Shown piece after piece: positions 39,320 to 50,595 of a stretch of DNA of 64,000 bases. A program made the translations under genes and the position numbers. The stretch is taken from NCBI GenBank assembly GCA_965112155.1, contig OZ218102.1. One strand, written 5' to 3'. The stretch is from Podarcis liolepis. Its lineage: Eukaryota. The first letter of the stretch is position 1. Each line of letters starts with the position of its first letter. The notes under the pieces were generated by a model. It worked only from the letters and a program-made list of their open reading frames with translations, did no database searches and was not told the DNA's origin.

Positions 39320-40260
39320 CACCTCCGTCTGCACAGAAATTACTTGGCTCCTGCACTCCATATTCTGGTAACTTTCACACTGGATTACTACAATGTGCTC
39401 TATGTGGGGCTACCCTTGAAGATGCCTCGGGCTTCAAGTTGGTCCAAAATGCAGAAGCCAGATTACTGGTGGAAGGTTCCCTTTTTTATTTTATTTGTTT
39501 ATTACATTTATATACCACCTTTATGTTCCAAGAATCTCAAGGTGGTGTCCATGGTTCCCTCCTCCCCATTTCATCCTCACAACAACCCTGTGAGGTAGGT
39601 TAGGCTAAGAGATTACTCAGTGAGCTTCATGTCTGAGTGGGGATTTGAATCCTGCTTCTGAAGTCTTACTACAATCAAGCAGTATATAAGTGTGAAATAA
39701 ATAAAGATCACATAACCCCTGTTTTAAAACAGTTGCATTGGTTGGCAGTTCATTTCCATGCCCAATTCAAGGTGCTCATTTTAGTATGTAAAGCCTTAGA
39801 TAACTTATGCCCCAAATATCTGAAAGACCTTCCCTACAGCAAACCTTTTCAGCAGGGTGCTGGTCCACTGTCCCTCAGACCATGTGGTGGGCCAGACTAT
39901 AAAAAAAAATGGGGGGGGGATGAACGACAAATAACCCAGGGATGCATTTTAAACAAAAGCACACATTCTACTCATGTAAAAACATGCTGATTCCTGGATC
40001 GTCCGCGGGCCAGATTTAGAAGGAGATGGGGCCAAATCCTGCCCCCGGGCCTTAGTTTGCCTACCCATGCTACAGACCCTTCAGGTGTTAAGTCTGGTAG
40101 GTGGGGCCCTCTTGGTATTTTCTCTTCCCTCAGAAGCTCAGGGTGATGCATTAAGAGAGTGCATTCTCTGTGGCAGCCCCCAAGTCGTAAACTCCCTCCG
40201 CACAGAGGTGTGTCTGTAAACTTTGCTATACAGTTTCTGGTGAATGTTGACTTAGGGTGA
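39320..40260 (+). mobile_element. L2 fragment interrupted by a SINE remnant (about 39488-39670, minus) and a hAT MITE
   Basis: LDYYNVLYVGLPL and LHWLAVHFHAQFKVL motifs. Confidence 0.7.
39837..40069. mobile_element. hAT MITE with damaged left end
   Basis: Right end AGTTTGCCTACCCATG followed by ctacagac; left flank reads ctacag|caaacc. Confidence 0.65.
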
Positions 40261-40349
40261 AGCACAGGTAAATAAATCAAAATAATTAAGTAAGAGATTG
40301 AGAAGGGTTTATACTCACCTCTCCAGCTCATTCATGTTTTATTTTAAAT

Positions 40350-40482
40350 TTAGGGTGGGGATGCCAACCCTCCAGATGTTGCTGGAGAACAACTGTCATC
40401 ATCCCTGACCATTGGCCATGCTGGCTAGTCTGAGGGGAGCTGGACTCCAACAATGGTGGGAGAGCTACAGGTTCTACAACCG
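40350..40482. mobile_element. Degenerate palindromic hAT-type MITE
   Basis: ccctccagatgttgctggagaacaactgtcatcatccctg...gagctggactccaacaa core, related to the 31265 and 50045 copies. Confidence 0.6.
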
Positions 40483-41649
40483 CAATATAAATCCGCTCTC
40501 ACAGACCATATTTGCTTTATAGGGCATCAATGTCAACTTGATTCGGACCCACACATCTGCTGAAATCACACCACAAAGCTCTTCCAGTGTCTAAAAATGA
40601 ATAATCTGGCTAAGTGATGTGAAATGTATCTTCTAGGTAAATTTCCATCAATGGATAGTTCATTTCATGGTCGCTGCCACCATGCAAGCCTTGGAGATGA
40701 AGAAATACAAAGAGTTACAGCAATATCTCTCATTAGCCTGTTTTGACACCTACTTGCTAAATAGGCTAAGCTCTGTTAGTGCAGGAGGATTTCCCTTAAC
40801 TGCTTAGGTCTGTAAAATGGTTTAGTTGTACAAGTGTTAATGAAACCCTTAGAAACATTTAGGGATCAGGGGTTTTTTTTATTAAAAAATCTCATTACCA
40901 TATCAAGGGGCTACTTGTTAATCACTGTCCAAATTCATTTGGATTTATTCTGTCACACTTATGCTTACAATTAAAATGCCACAAGGTCCCAGTCAGATTA
41001 AACAAGTGGTCCCCCCCCCCCCTTCTCTCGTATGTGTGAGCTTATAGGACTGGTAATGACAAATCACATGGAGGAAAAATATATCATAATTAATTAGGTA
41101 GAACCCCAAAGATAACCTCTCCTGCAGTATCCATGGGCTATTTTAATGGATTTCAAAAAAATTAACTTTACAATATAAAAAGAATGAACATGGTAAAAAT
41201 AACAGTTCACAGTATTTTAAGCACAACAATCCATTTACATTTATTACATGATTACATTTATTACATGATAAAGAGACTACACCAGTTATTTTGTTGACTT
41301 TTCAAGGAATTTTAGATGTATTTATGGATGTATTTTTTAAATGTATTATATATTTATGCATGCATATCCCACCTATTTTCCAAAGAACTCAAGGTGGCTA
41401 ACAAGCCACAGCACCAAACTCATATACTGAATAAAAGCAAAACCCAAATTAAACCCATTCATAAAACAACGAAATAACACACAAGCATAAATAGTACCTA
41501 CATATGGGCATACACTGTATTTACAGAATGGTGCTAATCCAGAGAAAGCTAGTGTAATTGCACAGTGTGGCAACTGAGTTAAAAACTGTACCCCTGCCAT
41601 TAGGGCCTGCATTGTAATGACAAACTGAACAAACACTATGCACATACAT

Positions 41650-41709
41650 TGGCAGAGGGTTGGACTCGATGGCCCTTGTGGTCTCTTCCAACTCTATGAT
41701 TCTATGATT
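41650..41709 (+). mobile_element. CR1 3' terminus
   Basis: gggttggactcgatggccctt...ccaactctatgattctatgatt. Confidence 0.85.
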
Positions 41710-43793
41710 TAGCTGCACAATTCCCTTGCATATAGCAGTCCCAGATATTTTGCTGCGCAAGTCTTGTGCTAATGGTTGTGCATATTTTAAACTAGAATGC
41801 CAAGCAGAATTCATTTTTTCCAGAATTATATTTGAAAAGAAAGGGGGGGATAAGAAAGCACCCAAACAATGTTAACTGAAAGTTTGATCATTATAATGAA
41901 ATATATGCTTGCCTAATATTTCAGTAGCAGGTATATTCCTTTTGTATCCTTGATGGAATTAAATGCATTTTAAAAGGTGGTGCGCTGCAGATACTTTTAG
42001 GTAGGTCGAGGTCCCACAGCCTGGCAGGTTTAAACCCCAGTACTGTTTAAATGTACAACTGAAAAAAGAGGTTGGAGTGAAAGAAGGTAGGTCAAAGAAG
42101 ATGGATGTTTTCTACAGAGCTTGCCATTCCAGATAAGCACTATGAGCCATTCTCATTACACAAACATGTCTCGGACTCATTTCCCAAACAATACAACCAT
42201 GCAATGACCCTTAATCGCTCCTTGAGCCTTGGTCTGCTGAGGTTGTAGGAAGCAGGTTTAGTTGAGCATCTAGATAGCTGCAGTATTAAACAGTTCTCAC
42301 AGGGAATAAGAAATTATTTTCATCCACTGAGCTCACTTGCCTGCGTGCAAAAATATTGTTTAATAAATACTATAAATCTATGCATAAATAGCACACCAAC
42401 ATTAAGGTTTTGCTCTTCAATCACTGTACACATTAAATCTATAAAAAGGAAGAAAAACATGAATCATTATCCTTTTTGAAGCACACTCTGCTCCCATAAA
42501 AACAAATTCTGTCTCATTTCCTAATAAATAAGCACATGCACAAACAGACACAATTATGGGTCAGAGAAAGCTAAATAGAAGTTGGCTTCTTATAATTTAG
42601 CTTTATTATAGTTGATTAGACAAGATGGGAAAAAGTTCAACACAGGACTAACTGAAAAACAGTTGCTATGTCAGCCCTAATGGTTTCAAATGTACCATAT
42701 TTTAAGACTGGGCTGAAAAATTTCTCCCCTTCCACAGGGCCATTCATTTCCCACCAAAGTAACAGAACATTGGGGTGGGGGGAGGGATACTTATGGGTGA
42801 AGGGACAAGATTTCAGAAGACTTATCTGAAAATACAAGGCAGTAGAGACTAGCAATTTAGTCCACATTTATTTTTACTGTAAGAAACAAACAAAAATAAA
42901 GCCCAAATGATTCTGTTGTTGCTTCAAGCAGCAGGAGGTTTGAAATGTGAAGCCCAATGACAATCCTCATTGAGAAAGAAAGAGTTCTTTTATTTTAGAG
43001 CATCCCTGACTCTCCTCATTAACCACACTGGCATCCTTTTAGATTAGTTTGTGGCTTTCCTAATCTGTGACATATATATAGTCAGCCTCTTATTGTGGTT
43101 TCACTTACACACACAAACACACACATTTACCCTTCTCAGAACATGTAAAGACATTCATAGTTCAGCTGAGAGATTGGGGAAGATTTCACAATTTTCACCT
43201 GTGAGTGTTCCTTCTGCTGGATCCAGGACGAATTGTCCTAGTGGTGAGACAACTTTATGTCTTACTCAGTGGAAGCAGAGTTAGAAGCTGATATCAAGGA
43301 GTAAGTTTGTCTTGATACATGGATGCATTTGATAAATGTGATCCTACACTCCATAAATATTATATCGCAATAGCCTGGAAAGGAACAATTAAAAACTCAA
43401 GGGGGTCATACAGCAGTTCATAACATTTGTATATTTAAATTTACTTCGCAGACAGTTCTCTCCCTGTTCAAAGTTCCAGATATTATTGACACGGCAATAA
43501 GAGACTGTTTCTGTTGGCATAGTTGAAGGTTAAGAAAAGTGGAGGTGAAGGTGGGGAATGCCCACCTGGAGCACTGCTTTGAAACCAGGAAGGTAAGGGG
43601 GGGGGGGAATCAAATAAAATTAAAGGACACTGCCACTCCCGTCCCCTCACTCTGAGAAAGGTGGCATTTCCTTAGAGTGAGGCATGGGATAGGTGGCCCG
43701 GAGAGGGCCTGTGTTGGTGCTGTTCTGCTGTGGAAGTTCATGAAAATATTTTTTAAAATTATGCTGTGGCACAGTTGTGGCACATCAGCAGAT

Positions 43794-43794
<1 letters not shown>

Positions 43795-43843
<49 letters not shown>
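43795..43843. repeat. (AG)n microsatellite
   Basis: Direct reading. Confidence 0.95.
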
Positions 43844-43845
<2 letters not shown>

Positions 43846-44689
43846 GGGAAGAAAGGAATGAGGAGAGGAAGAATGGTAGTCATGCTACAGAGCAACCTTT
43901 GGCCACCTCACATACAAAGTAAAAACAGAGGAAGGGAAGAGTGCCTGGGCAGGCAGAATGGCTTATGGGGTTCCCAGAATGGACCTGGTTCTGAGCTTCC
44001 TTAAACCAGGCAGCACCTCTGCTCAGATGAATGACAAATAGGAGTGGGAATATAGTATGATTAGGTCCATGGGCTAAACCTAATTAGTTGTAGGTATAAA
44101 CAGATGATATTAAGATAGATTCTGCCCATCTTTGGGGCAGCTTTTTAGCCTGAAAACAACCTTCTGATGTAGAGTTAGTCTTGGGAAAATGAACATGAGC
44201 ATGGCAATCCTGCATATTTTGAGACTGATAATTACTGTAAGGCTCAAAATTCCTTTAAATTTAAAGCAAGTCAGCCCCGACTCTTTTCAAATTCCAGTCC
44301 CAAAACTAACTGTCCTTTGTTCTTTTTCAAACACAGACAACTTTCTGAACCACCTCCAGCTTGTGTGTGGGAGTCTGCCCTCTTCCTCTTTCCTTTCAGA
44401 AGGGGCTCCAGCTATTAGTTTATGAAACAACACACTGCCATAGCTTACACCACAAAGCAGATACTTAATGGATCGGGCTAGAAATTCAATTAAAGGAAGT
44501 TTTAGCAGCCTCTCTCTCTCTTTTTGGCAGACTCATATCCTACAGCTATAAAATCACCAGAGGGGTTGAAACAAAATCAAATTGGAGGGGACCCCAAAAA
44601 TTAATTGTGTTTAATCCCAAACTCATTACAGCACAACAGTTACCAAATGGATGGCTTCATTTCAAAACTGCATTGTGTTCTCATAGTGG

Positions 44690-45410
44690 CCAACCCAATG
44701 CCTATGGGACGCTGAGTACAATAGCACTCTCCCCTCTTGTGGTTTCCAGCGACTGGCATTCAGAAGCATCCCTGCCTCCAACCATGGAACCAGTGCATAG
44801 TCATAATGGCTAGTAGCCACTGATAGTTTTAAGAGGATTAGTTGAATTGACAGTGGAGAGGGCTATCTAAGCTCTCCTGTGTGAGCAGGTTTCATATCTG
44901 AATTAGGCTCTGTGTGAAGAAGCACTTCCTTTTTTACATGTCCTGAAACATCCAGCATCCAGCTTCACTGAATATTCACAAGTTCTAGCCTTATGAGAGA
45001 GAAAACTTTTCTATCATGTCACATCTTGCTCATAATTTCTCTAAACTAAAAAGTCGCAAACGCTCCATCTCCTCAATCATTTTGGTTGTCCTTTCCTGAA
45101 CCTCTTCCAACACTACAGTATCCTTTTACAGGTGAAGTGACCAGAACTGTACCCAGAATTCCAAATTCAATCACACCATAGATTTGTATAGTAACATCGT
45201 GATGTGGGCAGTTTTATTTCCTACTATTTTCAATTCCTTTCCTAGCGTTCCTTGCCCTTCCTCATAGCAGCCACACAATGGGTCAATGTTTTCATCAAGT
45301 TATCTACTATGATCCCCAGGTCTTGTTTCTGGTTAGATACCATGAGCATATATGTGAAATAAAGGACCCCACCCCAATATGCATCACTTCACATTTGGTT
45401 ACACTGAATT
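44690..45410 (-). mobile_element. Old CR1-related fragments
   Basis: gaccagaactgtacccagaattccaa (LE..VQFWS-like on minus) and other degenerate CR1 ORF2 sequence. Confidence 0.55.
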
Positions 45411-46779
45411 GCAAATAGGCTTTTTGGAAAAACAAGCAAAGGGAAGAGTGGGGTGGCCAATCCATACATGAAGTGTGACCCGGCTATCTTGAACTATTTA
45501 TATTTAAGAACAAACTTATTCTCAGTTTATCTCCCATAATATCCAAGTACATACTGACATGGATTAGAACAGAGCCATGGGATTTCTCACCCACTATTTC
45601 TGTAGTGAGCTTGGAAAGTTTATTTTTGAAGGATTTCATCTGGGAACAAACCAAACCAACTGGTCAAACAAATAAACAACCACCACCCATTTAATTATTT
45701 TAAAATGCACTGATAGAATGATAAAGCTTGTATTTCTACAAAAAAGACTGGCTGCGCCAAAAAATAAGGAGCTAGCTGCTACATGATTTGTGAGGAGAGT
45801 AAAAGAAGATAAACAACTCAAAGGGTTCTCAATAAAAAGGCAATTTAGGAGAAACACAGTGCTTCCTTGAATACTTTTTTGGCTTGGAGCAACACGTTGC
45901 CACAAAAATCTGTTTTGCATCATCTAAATGCTTGAAACAAGAACACATAATTTAGAAAAAAATAATGATGGCTGCCACTTAGCCGTAAAGGGCAGCCGTA
46001 GTGTTAGAAATAGCTTCCCAACGATATTTTTGTTCACGGCCTAGGTCTATTTCAGCAATAGAAGTAATTACTGTGGTTTCTGAGGGCAGCATTTAACTCT
46101 ATTACCCTTCAAATACTGTATACAAACACTGAGTCTGACTCCAGTAAGGCCTGGTGTGGCCACAAGCAGGTCTGTAGCCACATCCTTGCTTTCAAGTCCT
46201 TAGGAAACCTTGGCAAAGAAAGCTGAACTCCAGCTAAGGTGTTGTCAACTTTGATCCAGTTCCTTGTCCATTTGAGGGGGGGGGGGGGAACAAACCCTTT
46301 TATCTGCAGTATTCCAAATCACCACACGCCTTTCTAAGATAGATGTAATACAGTATAGTACTGGACCAATTTTTTCTTGTTGTAATAGTTTTGACAACTT
46401 TTGCTTCTTTAACACCTGGGCTATTTAACATTAAGAGTTAGCATGAATAATGCGTTACACTGTCAACAAGAACTTATAAAGATGGATTATGAACTGAAGC
46501 AGAGAGGAAGCAAATATAGTGATGGATTAACAGTAGAAGTAACAGGGGTGAACTATCAGCAAAGTGTGCTGTTGATACTATTCTGGTCCTGATGAGACTT
46601 TGTGAAGGATAAAAAGTTAAAATAAGTTTTTAAAGACTGTAAGAAAAAAGAGGTATTTTATATGATAGATATCAAATAGATGGAGATCAGATCAACAGAG
46701 CAGGGTCTGGAGATGAAATGACCTGGACAAGCAATACATTTGAACATGGATATGTGTGTGTGTGTGTGTGTGTGTGTGT

Positions 46780-47828
46780 AATTTTTATTATTATTTCTAT
46801 ACTGCCCTATACCCGAAGGTCTCAGGGCAGTTGGATCATATACATAAAATCAAAATACAAACAACAACCCAATAAAAAACCCCTAAAAAGAGCCAGCATT
46901 TTAAAAAGGGTATAGGATGTAGATCAGGTTAGGTAAAGGGCTGCTTAAAAAGGAACATCTTTGCCTGGCGCCTAAAGGTATATAGTGAAGGCGCAAGGCG
47001 AACATCCCTGGGGAGAGCATTCCACAGACGGGGAGCCACTGCAGAGAAGGCCAGTTCTCGTGCTGCCACCATCCTGACCTCTCAAGGAGGCACATGAAGA
47101 AGGGCTTCAGAAGATGATCTCAGGGTCCGGGTAGGTTCATATGGGAAGAGGCAGTCCTTGAGGTATTGCAGTCCTGAGCCATTTAAGGCTTTATGGGTCA
47201 AAACCAGCACTTTGAATTGGGCCTGGAAACTAACTGGTAGCCAGTGCAGATGGACCAGGATTGGTGTAATATACTCAAACCGTCTTGCTCCAGTAAGCAA
47301 CCTGGCCACTGAATTCTGCACCAGCTTAAGTTTCTGGCAGTCCTAAGCATTGCAGTAATCTAACCTTGAGGTTACCAGAGCATAGACAACAGTAGTTAGG
47401 TGATCCCTGTCCAGATAGGGGCGTAGCTGGGCCACCAGCCGAAGCTGATGGAAGGCACTCTGGGCCACTGAGGCCACCTGAGCCTCAAGCAACAGCAAAG
47501 GATCCAGGAGTACCCCCAAAGTATGAACCTGCTCCTTCAGGGGCAGCCATCAAGAGCAGGTGACCTCCCAGCCATCTGATCTGAAGAACGACCCACTAAC
47601 AGTGCCTCAGTCTTATCTGGATTGAGCTTCAGTTTGTTGGCTCTCATCTAGTCCATTACCGAGGCAAGACACTGGTCCAGCATTTCCACTGCCTCACCTG
47701 CAGATGTAAAGGAGAAATAGAGCTGAGTATCATCAGCATACTGCTGACAATGCACTCCGAACCTCCGGATAACCCCAGCAGTTTCATGTAGATCTTAAAC
47801 AACATGGGGGATAGAATCGAGCCCTGCA
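46780..47828 (-). mobile_element. L2 LINE, 5'-truncated, with RT core
   Basis: QGSILSPMLFKIYM, QQYADDTQLY and LHWLPVSFQAQFKVL motifs; 3' end abuts (TG)n at 46753-46779. Confidence 0.92.
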
Positions 47829-47854
47829 GATATTGAGTTATTTGCCTACTACTT

Positions 47855-48329
47855 ATACATGGGAAGGTAACCTATATAGGAAAACTCTGATCCTAAATCT
47901 CTGCTGCCTTGAGTAAGGCTCTGTGAGTAAACCCTGAGAAAAAAATCCATACCTGTTGCCTTGCGAGACATCTTTGGGAGAATCAAAAGCTAATGAGTAA
48001 ACCCTACACAAATCTGGAGTGGAGTCCCTAAGGCTGCGTGGCATCTTGTAGGCAACTCCTGCAGCCAAGCTGTCACCAAATGTATTGCTTTCCTTTCCTT
48101 TGGATCACATCAGTGAGGCCAAGAAGGGCCCTTGTCATCTGGGCAGCCCAGGACTTCCATACACACTGCCCCAGGGAGATCACTTCCATGCCGCTAATGT
48201 AGCAACAACAATGTGGGAGGCAGCAGTTCCAAGCTACCTGTCTCTGCAGCCACAGTAGGCTGCAGTTTGACTTCACCCCCGGAGGTGCACTCCATTGTCC
48301 TTCGAGACAGACAGGTCCCAACAACAACT
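47855..48329 (+). mobile_element. RTE-related non-autonomous retroelement
   Basis: RTE-like 3' terminus cactccattgtccttcgagacagacagg with (CAA)n tail; no ORF. Confidence 0.6.
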
Positions 48330-49078
48330 TATGAAACTGTCTTTCAAGTTCAGAAACTGAAGGACTCGAGGTATATTTTTAGGAGGCACTTAAGAAAGAA
48401 AATTCAAATGTTCAAGATGAAGTTGTTATATCTGCATTTCAAGCACTATGGTATCGTGAACATTGCTATGTAGAAGCAAAAAGAGAGGAGAAGCCTAAAA
48501 TTAAAAGCTCCCTTTAGATGTAACCCTCCTTGCATTCCATGAACACACGAAGGGGCAGCGTTGACTGGTCCCACCTACAGTTAGCTGCATTGCCAGATGC
48601 TGGGTGAAACAGCTGAAGAGGGAACCTATATGAGTTTGTCTGAATGTGCGCAGGGTCCTGCACATGATTGGGAACCTTGATTTGGAACCAAAACATGCAA
48701 ATATTTCTCCTTCACATCTTCCACCCAACATGAGAAAGTCTGGGGATTCAGTTGGTGGGAAAGAAATGTATGGGTGGGGTAGCTAATGCATGCAGCCCCC
48801 ACCACACATTCTTGAAATGCATGGAGAGTGAGAAAGGAGATAGTTATATTCCCCACTATGTGGTAAAAAACAAAAGAAAAATTTCTGACAGAATTTTTAA
48901 ACTTATTGCCTTTCACTTTCCTGCTATATAAAGCCTATTTTTTCATTTAATACCGCGCCTAGCTCCCCCTACAAGTTTTGTTCTCTTTTCAGCTCAGTTT
49001 TGCTTTTCCTCCCTTTTCTTTTTGTACAAATTACCATCTTGCCAAGCCCATACCTAATCGCCACTAAGCTATACTTAC

Positions 49079-49110
49079 CGTCTATGTTTCGTACATTTCC
49101 TAAGGGTACC
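49079..49110 (-). CDS. Candidate 32-nt exon
   Basis: Acceptor gttcctttatcacag and consensus donor G|GTAAGT; reads VPLGNVRNID in the frame compatible with the downstream exons. Confidence 0.4.
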
Positions 49111-49995
49111 CTGTGATAAAGGAACTCTCAATTATCCTTTATTTCCCCCCCAGCAAGTTAAACAAATGTCAGCAAGGCTCATCAGCAAAAGATGCCTGTC
49201 ACTTTAAGAAGTGAAACAGGAAAACCTGTACTTTTTTGCACATTTCTGTTCATTCTTTTCAACTCATTCTAAGTTGCCCCCTGGGAGTTTAGGCCTCCAC
49301 CAACAGTCTCTTTCAGTACACAACTAGCTCTCTCTATTAAGCTTACCCACCCCTGCTCTGCCATAACACTAGTTTCTTTGTACTTGCCTGGTGAACTGGC
49401 CAGCTATGCAGTACAATGGCTACAATTACTAAATTACACCGCCTGTCACTGCCTTTTGTATCACACCTCTAACAGGTGCTATTACCATGATAGGCAAATT
49501 GTAATCATCCATTCACAGCATCTGCAGCCTTAATAATGTTTTTTTTAAAAAAATAATTTTATTTTTTTTACATAATCTATGTGTGAATACTGTGAGGCGT
49601 TGAATGGTTAGTAAATACATGGGTATGAAGGCTGAACTGCATGGAATGCAGTATGAACAAAAGCATTTAGGACAACAAAAGTGAATAGCACCACATTCCC
49701 AATACAGTGAACACATGCAAACACATTAAATAATAATATGAGAATGCTTAAGGAAAATACATATGGGTGTATCACCTGAGAAATTCAAACTATTCACAAG
49801 AGGAAGCTACTCACATAACTTTGCCTAGTTTTCCTCCTTCGTTATGAAGGATTGGATACTGTCAAGAAAATAACTCGAATTATTGTAAAAGTAGTACATG
49901 CCAATCTTTCCCAAGACTACAGCTACATTTAAAGATTGTTGCTGTTGTTGACCACTGCAGGATCCTCCATTACAGCTGCTCATGTCAATGTTCTT

Positions 49996-50215
49996 AGAAT
50001 TATAGAATTGTAGAGTTGGAAGGAACCCTGTGGGTCATCTAGTCCAGCAGTTCTCAACCTGTGGGTCCCCAGATGTTGTTGAACTACAACTCCCATCACC
50101 CCTAGCTAGCAAGGCCAAAGCTCAGGGATGATGGGAGTTGTAGTCCAACAACATCTGGGGACCCACAGGCTAAGAACCACTGACTAGTCCAACCCTCTGT
50201 AATGAAGGAATATGC
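49996..50215 (-). mobile_element. CR1 3' terminus interrupted by a MITE
   Basis: tagaattatagaattgtagagttggaagg...gggtcatctagtc | MITE | actagtccaaccc. Confidence 0.8.
50045..50182. mobile_element. Palindromic hAT MITE with SPIN/URR1-like termini
   Basis: CAGCAGTTCTCAACCTGTGGGTC...GACCCACAGGCTAAGAACCACTG; imperfect TSD atctagtc/a-ctagtc. Confidence 0.85.
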
Positions 50216-50494
50216 AGGTGTCTGATACCAGCTATGCATTATCACCACCATGATCTAACCAACTGAGCTATCCAGATTTAATGAAGGCAAGTCAAATCAG
50301 GTATGTTGGTAGCTTTTGGCTGAACTTTTGGCACTTCCCTCAACACTGGCTTCTTTGGGAGGGGGGAGGGAATACCCTTGAAAAACCCAGTGCTAAAAAA
50401 CAAAACTCACATGTAGTCACATGTACTTGTAATATATATACAGTATGCACAGAGTACTTGTTGTTTTTCTTCCAATCCTTGCAATCATCCTGAC

Positions 50495-50595
50495 AGATGA
50501 ATAGTTCTGGATTAGATTGCACTCCCCCGAGGGAACAGGTACATAGCCTGAGGGCTCTCCTGGATCCAGCTTTGTCACTAGAGGCCCAGGTAACC
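50495..50595 (+). mobile_element. L2 fragment
   Basis: ctcccccgagggaacaggtacatagcctgagggctctcctggatcc matches the L2 copies at about 27960 and 47500. Confidence 0.65.

Noticed and set aside
40313-40335. Strong minus-strand donor GAG|GTGAGT
   Set aside because: No usable acceptor; the upstream sequence is a MITE remnant.
46585-46615. CTGATGAG...GAAG hammerhead-like string
   Set aside because: GAAG instead of GAAA, and no stem III or cleavage triplet.
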